Positions 11,601 to 23,600 of a stretch of DNA of 64,000 nt are shown one piece after another. The notes beneath the pieces were generated by a model. It ran no database searches, had not been told where the DNA came from, and saw only the letters and a program-made list of their open reading frames with translations. The stretch's first letter is position 1, and each line of letters starts with the position of its first letter. The stretch comes from Antedon mediterranea. Its lineage: Eukaryota > Animalia > Echinodermata. Made by a program: the position numbers and the translations under genes. The stretch covers positions 19,265,432 to 19,329,431 of the forward strand of contig NC_092679.1 of assembly GCF_964355755.1 (NCBI RefSeq), read 5' to 3'.

Positions 11601-14600
11601 GTTTAAATATGGTAGTGATATGTTTAAATATGGTAGTGATATGTTTAAATATGGTAGTGATATGTTCAAATATGGTAGTAAGTGATATGACATCATCCTG
11701 TCCATATATGGGCACATAATATTTTTTTTGTCAGATAAAGTTTGATATTGTAGACAGAGCTTAAGAAAGAAGAAATTACCAATTTAGAGCTTAAGAACGT
11801 TAATTAAAATAATGTATTTAGAAATTATTAATATTTGGAAATTATGATATCATTTTTCTTAAACAAACCTTCTTTGTCTTTTGTTTAGCTTCATATGTAT
11901 CTGATAAAGCCTTCTTTTTCGTTAATAGTTTCTTACTGAATAGACCTTCAAATTCACTGGAGTCTATTTCTAAATCATCAAGCTTTTTCCACAAACATGT
12001 TTCTCTGAAGAAAAAAAACAAATTTGTAAATTTTATATTGGTTCAAAAACAAGTGAAATCATCCATTATATGAATTATTCATATATGCATGCAAACGGCA
12101 AATACTGTATTACCATGGACCTATAATAGGTCCATGGTATTACAAATATTTATCCACAATTTTGGCTTTCCACGGATTAGAATTTCTCAATTTTCTTTCA
12201 AATTAATAATAAACTACATGTATTTTTTTTTGTTATCTGTACAATGAATTCTTAGACTAAGGTTCTTTATTTGCTATGGATATTATGATTTAATTATTCA
12301 GAAATAAAAAGATGAATAAATGAATAAATACAAAAGTATACTTACAATGTAAATTTATTGACAGTTTTTAGTTTTTTAAGTTGAATTCTTGTCCAATACA
12401 ATGGTTTCATAGGCACTGATGGTTCTACGATTTTCTTAAGCTTCTCTGAATCAGGAGTGACTGCCCCTCCTCCAGGAGGTGGTGGGGCACCAGGAGGGGG
12501 AGGTGCACCTGGAGGCAGAGGTACGCCAGGTGGTGGTGGTGGTGGTGGAGGTGCACCACCAGGTAATGGAGGAGGAGGTGGTACACCACCAGGTAGAGGA
12601 GGTGGCGGTGGCACTCCACCTGGGAGAGGCGGCGGTGGTGGAATTACTCCTCCTGGGGGTGCCGGAGGTGGGGGTGGTGGCGGTATAACAGACGTGGAGG
12701 GTGTAACAAATTGTGAGCTGTCTTGTTTTCCTTCAAACAGTTTAATATGATCGTCCATAGCGGTTCTGTCAATTCCAATAGTCTCTGTTTCGACGGCTTT
12801 GTCAACAAGTTCTACTTTCTTTTTTTGGTTAGATTTTGATTGGACTATTGCCAATTGTGAGCTAATTATCATCACATCCTCTTTTAATACGTTTATCTCT
12901 GATGTGTGCTCATCCCTAAGTAATGATACTGCATTATCCTGCTCTTCCTGAAATATAAATTACATTTAAAATAAATAGTATATAAATATAAATTGATAAG
13001 GCAAAGATTCAGTTTGATTTATTTATCATTATGATTTATATAGTGCCTTTCCATAATTTGATAATTTTAGGCTAAATCACTGTACAGTCAACCCAAACAT
13101 ATGAAAGACTTACTTGAAACTTAGAAAAAAGATGAGTTTCAAAATTTGTTTAAAGTATTCGTTCATGTACACTAATTCGAAAACTTTATGTGAAAAAAAA
13201 TATGATTTGCCCATATATGGACATGATGATGTCATATCGCTACCGTATTTGCACATATCACTACCATATTTGGGCACATCACAATTTTTTTTGTCTAACT
13301 AGTTTGATAGTTTAGACAGAGCTTAACATAAAAGTATATTACATATTAGCTGTTCAGTTAAAGCCCAGCTGCTTGACTATAAATGTGGGGTTATTAAGAA
13401 ATAAAATATATCTTACTCTAATTTGGTCAATAAGAATTTGGTGTTCTTTCTTTATCCCCATTATAATCTTCTGATGATCTGAAAAAAAATTTAATTAAAA
13501 ATGTGAAACAAAGAAATTAATTATTAATCAGGAAAATATTTAGCTGCTAATAGGAAATAATAAAAGAACAAATACATGAAGCTGTAGCTTGGTTTCTAGC
13601 TTGTTTGCTTCCAATTCCAAGGTCTAGTGGCCGTATTCACTAATCACACTCAAGTGAGATATTTCCCTTAAATATTAAGTATTTCACTTAACTCAATAAA
13701 TAATAAGATAGGAGATTTTTTTTTTAACTTTTAGATTAAGTATTTTCCTCATCCTAAGTGTGAATGGTGAATACGGCCACTGAGTTCAATCTGGCCCTGG
13801 TGTCTGGGTTGTAACACAAGGCTGTATCTACTCACTTAAGCTTTTATTTAGCTTAGCAAAACTCTGAAGTTTACACACACCGAGGCACAAACCATACCAT
13901 ATAAGTGCGAGTAGGTGGCCAAGCGCTTAAGACAGTGGAACCGTAATTACGTAGCCATAACATCGGCAATGGTTCGAGGCTCACTAGCTCCATGGTTTTG
14001 GTCTTCTCGGATAATGACTATAAACCAAGTTCCAGTGAAGAATCTAGCTTTAAAGAACCTAGTACATCTTTCAAGACCAGGATGGGGTGCTTACCCCGGT
14101 GTACTAGTTGACACATCCACTGTCATATGCAGACACTGATCATAACTGGGCCCTTGACTGAAGAGGTCACCCAGTATAAATAAATAATAAACTAAAATCT
14201 ATCCATCCCATAACTTAATGTTGGATGTGTATAAAATTCAAAAAAATCTAACTTTACCTTTCTCAGAGTATTTCAATGAACCAGGGGCTGGTCTTGGTGG
14301 AGGCCAGACAGATGAAAGTTTGCCCGGTGCTAGATTCAGGGGTTGTGATGGACTCGTTACTTGAACACCATGGTTCCAACAGTACATAGCATCCAGCTGA
14401 AATGATTTTAACAATTTATATTGGCTTAATACGAATATTTATTATCATAAATGTGCAATATTGAATAATTATTATAAGTAAGTTTTAATCTTTTATCCAA
14501 TTTTTATCTGAGAATTGAATTGTTTTTGTGTTGTTGCTGTGTTGGTGAAATATTTCTGTGTATTTTTACTGTTTTTTATATATTATATGCCAGTTTATAT

Positions 14601-17600
14601 ATTATATGCCAGTTTATATATTATATGCCAGTTTTCAAATAAAAATTCTGTTAATTTCATTTTAGTGGACAAATATAGATACTATGACAATGGCAACAAC
14701 CTAAAAACCGTTTATAAGCCCACTCTGGGATATCTAAACACATTGCAAAGACTTTAAGTATAAACTGTATATCTCAAGTATATGCCCACTCTGGGATATC
14801 TAAACACATTGCAAAGACTTTAAGTATAAACTGTATATCTCAAGTATATGCCCACTCAGGCAGGAACCTAAAAGTGAACCTAATCACTATAACAAGAGTT
14901 CAGGTTCCGTACTCCCAAAGTAACAACAATGATATAAAATAAAAAACTATATAAAAATATTTAAATAACAAATAGACGAATCAACAGTGTCAATATAAAA
15001 TAAACGGATAAAATACATAATAGTCGATTCAACAAAGTCAATATAAAACATGTGATTTAAGTGAATTTAAAAAGCCCATTCTGGGATATATGCCCACTCT
15101 GGGATATCTAAACACATTGCAAAGACTTTAAGTATAAACTGTATATCTCAAGTATATGGCCACTCTGGGATATCTAAACACATTGCAAAGACTTTAAGTA
15201 TAAACTGTATATCTCAAGTATATGCCCACTCTGGGATATCTAAACACATCGCAAAGACTTTAAGTATAAACTGTATATCTCAAGTATATGCCCACTCTGG
15301 GATATCTAAACACATTGCAAAGACTTTAAGTATAAACTGTATATCTCAAGTATATGCCCACTCTGGGATATCTAAACACATTGCAAAAACTTTAAGTATA
15401 AACTGTATATCTCAAGTATATGCCCACTCTGGGATATCTAAACACATTGCAAAGACTTTAAGTATAAACTGTATATCTCAAGTATATGCCCACTCTGGGA
15501 TATCTAAACACATTGCAAAGACTTTAAGTATAAACTGTATATCTCAAGTATATGCCCACTCTGGGATATCTAAACACATTGCAAAGACTTTAAGTATAAA
15601 CTGTATATCTCAAGTATATGGCCACTCTGGGATATCTAAACACATTGCAAAGACTTTAAGTATAAACTGTATATCTCAAGTATATGCCCACTCTGGGATA
15701 TCTAAACACATTGCAAAGACTTTAAGTATAAACTGTATATCTCAAGTACATGCCCACTCTGGGATATCTAAACACATTGCAAAGGCTTTAAGTATAAACT
15801 GTATATCTCAAGTATATGCCCACTCTGGGATATCTAAACACATTGCAAAGACTTTAAGTATAAACTGTATATCTCAAGTATATGGCCAGTTTGGGATATT
15901 TAAACACACTGTAAACAGGTAAAAAGCATGATTCCACTCCAGATCACTCCAGCAAACTTGTACTGAATGAATGTTTGCTAATAGTTTACAACATGCAGTT
16001 CCTTGGTATGTAAACTTAAAAACTTACACACACACACTATCCTCCACAACTTTTCCTGTAACTCTCTCACCTCCTCCCCCATTCCACCCTCCCATCCCCC
16101 TGGCCCATTACACCCACCCCCTCAACCCCCATATACAAATTTGATTTTTTTTCTTTGGAAGCGACATCATCATGGTTATTATTGTAAGAACATACAATAA
16201 AACCGGAAGATTTTGCTATTATTAAACTTGATGAATTCAAATGTACACAATCAAACTACTTCTTTAGCGGTGCAGTCAATTGTTGAAAACTATTTACTGT
16301 ATATTCAGTATTGTATAGTGTTTGAATATGATGATCCTATGGTCTATTCCATTACCTGAACTACCTACATAATACATTGTTATGACTCAATGGATAAACA
16401 TAGTTAGTTAATAGTTTAAATATCAATTTTGAATAAAGGGAGTGTAGGAGTGCAGTATTAAAGCATTAAGCCATTTACAAGCAGTTTGTCATTAGAATGG
16501 AGGCCTTAGATTTAAGCACTAAAATAATTGTTGAAATTCACAAAGATGAATCGCATTTGTGTACATGTCATGAACTGACAGGAGACGATGACAGATTACC
16601 TTACATTAAACAATCAGGAAGTTTAATCAACTCTGGACAAAACATTGGGTATGGAGAAATTAAAGAACAACCAACTGAAATGATCAAGCAACAAGTGGAA
16701 ACATCAAGAAAAACGGAAACAAATCAATTGTTTACCTATCAACGTTCCACAACAGGCAAGAAAAAGATGGTCGCACTTGATCTACGTGTACACAGAAAGA
16801 ACACGAAACCTGCATTTAAAATTCCACAAGAGAAATTTCAACAGAAGAAAGTTGTGATAGATGCTGTAAATGATGATCTAATGAATAAATCACTGCGAGA
16901 AAAGACTAAGAAAAACCAAGCAATACCGCAGCACGTTAAGAATCAACTGATTAATGCGTATGAGGACGTTAATATGCAGTATACGTGCATCGCTGACAAG
17001 TTGGGAATAAATAGATCTACAGCTGGAAGCATTATAAGACGATACAGAGTAAAGAACAAAATTGCTGTTAAGAAATGTCATCAATCGGTAACATTTACGA
17101 ATGAACTGTTGTAGAGGATTGTTGTTGTTGTTCTGAGGGCCTCATGTATGTCAGCCATGTTGTTGTGAGTTACACTCATGATCCATGATTTAAAATAGGG
17201 GGTGGAGAGGATTGTTGTTGTTCTGAGGGCCTCATTTATGTCAGCCATGCTGTTTTGAGTTACACTTGTTCAAGAAATAACATAAATAATGCGTACATAT
17301 CAATGTGGCATATGCTCACATCAAATTCAAAAGTGACATTTTTTACTCTGTAGCAGTAGCTATTAAAATTGTTTAGGGGGAGGGGGGATATTTTAAAATT
17401 GGGTGTAGGGTCTAAAAATGGCAAAATTTATGCCCTCATCCTTCCCTTTGATTCTGCCTTTGTAGTGTAAGACCCATCTTCCACCCCTTGCACCCAACAT
17501 TGTTTTGGATTAATACTTAAGTATCAACATTTTGTTTGACCTGTTATCATTGTGGATAGAAGACTTTAAATTGTTGGGTTTTTACTTACATGACTTGTAA

Positions 17601-20600
17601 TGATGTTTGTATTTTAATTTTAAGTTACCTAAAGCTCTGTCTACACTATCAAACTTTATGTGACAAAAAATGTTATGTGCCCATATATGGACATGATAAT
17701 GTCATATCGGTACCATATTTGGGTATATCACTACCATATTTGGGAATATTACTACCATATTTGGGAATATCACTACCATATTTGGGTATATCACTACCAT
17801 ATTTGGGAATATCACTACCATATTTGGGTATATCACTACCATATACTGCACATCACACTTTTTTTTAAACATTTGTTCTGGTATTTGTATGCGTTTTGTT
17901 CTTACCCACCTTTTAATTGGCGAGTTCCTTTTTGCTGTTGGTTGGTTTTGGAAATAAAATAAAAATAACTAGTTTGATAGGGTGGACAGAGCTTAAGGTC
18001 CGATTGAGTGATTGAGCGACCCTCGTTGGATAACAATAGAGTAGTATATTATAGGCTAGATATTCAGGGATTTATGGGTGGTAGACATAAAAATAAGCTA
18101 ATGGAAGATTGTACAATTTTAGACTATTTAAAAAACAATTTAGGCTGTTCTCTGCTTTCAAAAATACAACTACATCCTACCTGCAATTCATTTGTACCAA
18201 TTTATAAATCCAATTAAACATTTAAAAAACTGTATAATTATTCGCAATGTCTATACTCTGTCCTTGATACTATACTACAAATGGGCCTGACTGCGAAACC
18301 AACAATGTGTGTACATTGTGTGAAACAAATCTGAGATTAAATTCATATTAATATTTTGCATTAATTAACTGTTGTTGTGTTATGTATTGTTATTGGGTGT
18401 GATGTTGCATGTGTCATTATTGATTGCTATTGGTACACTCCATTGATGACTAAAGCGTTTAACGTTACGCATGACTGACTTCTCCTGTTTGTGGTAGCGG
18501 GTAACGAAGCATGACTGACTTCTCGTGTTTGTGGTAGGAGGTAACGAAGCATTCCATCAACAGTATAAGTTCGAAAATGAGAATAATAAATTAATTACAC
18601 AAACCAATAGTGGTGTTAATGGTCTGTAAGTCTTCCTTAGCTTTACCTGGATAAACCGACATAGGCCTTTCCCCTTCGAAGGTAGAACATAACTCAAAAA
18701 GAGTATGTATGGGCGTTGTCGCCAATCTGAGGACGTGGGACACAGATACCACTGTCTTGGAGGGAAATTTTTAAATTTTTTGTACTTTCAGTATGTTCTC
18801 CTCTCGAAGGGGAAAAGGCCTGTCGGTTTATCCAGGTAAAGTTAGTCACGAAATAGACTAAATAAAATACCGCTACAAATACAATAGAACTTCTATTTAG
18901 GAAAGATTTTCAGAACCCAACAAAGTTTCCCCTTATAGGAACTCCCTTTGAATAGGGATTGATCGTACCAATAAAATTGCGTTATTCACATGAATGCATT
19001 TCTTAATAGGGGTGTCTCCCCTGAATATTCGTGCATTTATTAAGAACATAAATAAATCAAATGAATGCAATAACCAACGACCTACAATTTAATTATTGTG
19101 CGCATGCAAGCAAGTTGGGACGTGCTGCTTCTCTCTAAACCTCAACGCAGGTTAGGGTATTTCTAGCTGAGGTGACAACAACAACAAATCGATTGACATG
19201 ACCTAACCTATTCCTAAGGGTCGTTGCAATTTGAAAGTCTACTTTCGCATCCACATAGCAGTTATATCAATCAAAGCTCCCAGTATCCTAGAAAGGCTGG
19301 GCAACCTATTCTAGCTACTGGCTGCAGCTCTTTGTGCTACTGTACCAATTGTTACTCCTGGGTAGAAAACTTTCTTTACCATGAACATGGATACTCAAAC
19401 CCACAATAAAATTGATGTAATATTCAAATAAAATAATACATGGCTGCCAGTAGTCTATTGCACTCTCTAAATACGAAAGAAGTAAACTATAAGTTAACTG
19501 AGACATGGTACCTGAAGCTGTAGACTGGACATTGCTAGTAATGAATCCAGGCATCAAACACATACAAACTACAAACCTAAGGCATATACATACATTCAGC
19601 TAATAATTGTGTAAAATTGTCCAAGATATTCATAAAATATTACACATGAATTAATGACTATTTAGGGTATTTTGAATGATTTCGATAATTTATTAACGAT
19701 ATATACTTAAATGTTTCCGCAAACATTTCAAAATAATCTTTTGATGGATGGGGAAAATGTCTGGTCGTGAACCGACATTACTGTAATGGATGAAAAAGGT
19801 TATTGCGTAAAACAAAAAATGCAAAGTAATGCAAACTGGTTATGAGTGTATGATTAGGCGGCCTGGGCATAAAAGTTTAATAGTGTAGACAGAGCTGAGG
19901 GTCTCCATTAAAAGGGGGTTTTTAACTAGACAAGTGGACCAGTAAAATTATATTTTTACTGGTCCTCCACTCCTTTTCGGCCTATACCCTCATATTTTTG
20001 AAAACAATAAATTTATGCTGCCCAGATTAATGGAAAATCGCAACATACTCTGTATAGAAATTATGCTTTTTACAGATATTATTATTATTATTATTGATAT
20101 TTAAATTTTATTATATTGATTATAAAAGATTTTGTTGAAATTTTGAAAGATTACTTCTTATTCAACTGGTCCACTAAGCATTCAACTGGCGGACCAGTGT
20201 TAATTAAAACACTCTTAAGCTCTGTCTACACTATCAAACTAGTTGGACAAAAAAGTGTGATATGCCTATATATGGTAATGATATGCTTAAATATGGTAGT
20301 GATATGCCATCATCATGTCCATATATGGGCACATCACATTTTGTTATCACATAAAGTTTGGTAGTGTAGGCAGAGCTTTAGAGGGTGCAGGATTATACTG
20401 GATTCCTAATAATGGTATTTAGCAATGTCTTTGTGTCAAAGTGTGGGCTAAACTAATAGGGGTGGGATTATACTCAATCTAGGTCGTATACTATGGAACG
20501 CCGTTTACGCAACATTTTGATGATATGAATTTTATGACGCGATATGTGAATGAAATGCATCGATATGAATTAAATGGTGCGATATATGAATGAAATGTTT

Positions 20601-23600
20601 TGAATTGAATGCTTTGAATTGAATATTTTGAATGAAATGTTTTGAATGAAATGTTTTGAATGAAATGTTTTGAATGAAATGTTTTGAATGAAATGTTTTG
20701 AATGAAATGTTTTGAATGAAATGTTTGAATTGAATTGAAAAGTCAAACTATTGGTGGCGTATGTCATTCTCGCTCGCGATTATTTTCTCAACCTCTTAGG
20801 CCTAAGCCTGGGTACCCTCATCTCCTTTCTTCCACGCTGCCTTTACAGAGAATCCTAACAGACCTGGGTTCGGAAATATGTATTCCAATGTTTCAGGTCT
20901 GTTAGAGAGTCTCTGTAAAGGATTCATATTGATGACAGCGTTGAAAGGAGATGAGGGTACCCATGCTTAGGCCTATTAAGAGGTTGAAAAAAAATCGCGA
21001 GCGGGAATGACATACGCCGCCAATAGTTTGACTTTTCAATTCAATTCAAACATTTCATTCAAAACATTTAATTCAAAACATTTCATTCAAAACATTTCAT
21101 TCAAAACATTTCATTCAAAACATTTCATTCAAAACATTTCATTCAAAACATTCAATTCAAAGCATTCAATTCAAAACATTTCATTCATATATCACGCCAT
21201 TCAATTCATATCGATGCATTTCATTCACATATCGCGTCATAAAATTCATATCATCGAAATGTTGCGTAAACGGCGTTCCATAGTATACAGTAGTATACAT
21301 AGTGTGAAATGTATTCCAAGATAGTGTATACATTATACCTAATGACTGTATACATTACTGTTGAATTTCTTTCAAAGTCAGTAAAGATCTTTTTGTATTT
21401 GTGAGGTCAAATGTAACTTGTTTACCTCATAGAGGTATTAGTTTATTTTATAGTATATCTCCAGGTTTAAAATTGCCTATTGTTGATATCAGACTGGTAA
21501 TAAAATACTACTTTTTTAGAAAGTAGGAAATCAGAAAGAGTTGTAAAAGAAGATCCTTTAACGATTGGCGATATAAAAATACTTTTAGATAGATATTTAT
21601 TATCTATTTAAAATATAGTAAAAATCTTCACAATTTATATTACAATTATGGTTAATATTCAAATTTTTATGATTTGTTGATGACAATATCTACAGTTCTG
21701 TTTATATTATAACACATGCAGGTTCAGGGAATTCTACTTGGGGCGTACGTTTCCCCTTTTGACAGTTAAAATAAAATTGTTACTACTTTTAGATATCGAT
21801 TTTTTACAGTCTTTTTAAGTACTATGTTATCGCTCGCCATTTGACAAATTCTGGATGATCCACCCCTGATTCTTTAGGATATTTTATATTTCTTAAAAGC
21901 AACCCATTCAGTGCCTCATAGATTCTTTTTATTACAATTAATAACTATTTATTTTGATTTGTATTAACTTGATGTACCATAAATATATATGTTTTTTTGT
22001 TGTTGTTAATGTAATCTTGCTTTAGTATAATTTTGAGTATAATACAAATGCAGATACGAGACACAATAGGCCTCCATACTTTAAAATAAGGGAAAAGAGA
22101 AGTGTTGTAAAGTCCCAATAGGCCTCCATACGTTGAAATAAGGAAAAAGAGAAGTGTTGTAAAGTCCCAATAGGCCTCCATAATATGAAATAAGGGAAAA
22201 GTCAATTGTTGAAAAGTCCCAATTTAAATCTTAACACTTACCATAAATGCATCCGCCCCTGTGTCTGCCTCAAGAGGTCGCAGCACACCAATATCTAAAA
22301 GACTGTTGCACAGTGAGATGGACGCTTGCCGGACATCTGCCTCTGTGGACGGCGACTGCACCGTCTGGTCAACCACTGACGAACATAGCCAGTCTAGCAA
22401 TCGTTTCCCTGTAAAAATAACACGTCCGTGGAAATCATTTATAATTGCAGATTGGATCTTTTCAAATGAGCCCTGCCGTTTAACACGGTACATTGTGGGA
22501 TACTTCGCACTATACAACACAGTCCGAGTTTGTCTAAATCTACAGCCTGGTACTAAATGGAACCAAGCACCTCCAAATATATAAAAACTCCCAACAAGTA
22601 TTTACTAAATAAACATTCCTTTTATCTATGTAACGTTTGATTACTATGAATTATAAGTTTGATAACACAATCATAATTAGTCAGGTTCATATGATTTAGC
22701 TACGTAAACAAATGCTTTTCTTAAAACATAAAGAATGTTAACATATGATTTAACAAAGTAAATATAAGAGTTATGCGACGCAAGAACTATGATATATGAG
22801 CTCAATTAAGTGTTTACATCCAGTTTGGGAAAAATAACAATATCATAAAAATTATTTAATAATAATAATAATAAATACAATTTTGCCAATTATTTTCTAT
22901 TGGCACAGGCATTTAGTTCCTATTATCATCAGCATACTGGAAGATAACGATAACTCCTTACTCACACACTGTACCACTATCACATTTGTCTAACCTTCAA
23001 AGTTTACTGTACACACCGGTGAACACAGAAAACGCTGACAATGCCCTGTGTTTGTGTAAATTCCGGAGTTTTGCTAGGCAATGCGAAAGGGGTACAGCAT
23101 ACATACGGATTTCTAAACACAGGGCTTATGGAATAATTTTAAATGTATATATTGATGAACAATTCTATGTAGTTAAGTTCTTATGTTATGGAGACTCTGT
23201 TGCTTTTGGGGTCCCCAGGACATTTTGATGTCGAATAAATAAATGAAATAAAACGATAATTTCTCATCTAAATGTTGAGAAAATTATTCTGCCAATTGTA
23301 TCTCGAAAATGTTTAGCCATCTTGATCATACTCACTAAGAGGAAAAGATTTTTAGTAGTGTTTCAAAATACTAGATTATGCTAAAAAAGATTGATTATTT
23401 GTTGTATGAATTTTGATTATGAATATTAAAATAATAATTAGATAATCAAAAGATGGATTGTCACTCATATGCCTTTGATTTTAAATAATAAACAAACTTA
23501 AATTTCTGCTAAAATTGGATAATTACAAGATGGATCAATTGTTATACAAATTTTGATTTTTGAATATTAAATACACTGAAAAAAATATGTGGTAGAAGTG

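Noticed and set aside
11331-11719. Repetitive ORFs (LPYLNIS)n, (MFKYGSD)n, (HITTIFK)n
   Set aside because: Artefacts of a stop-free 21-bp array inside a MITE
12425-12750. Gly-rich, His-rich and Val-rich ORFs
   Set aside because: Shadow frames of the formin FH1 exon
20570-21324. Mirror-image ORFs MTYA(T/A)NSLTFQF...
   Set aside because: Produced by the two arms of the foldback palindrome
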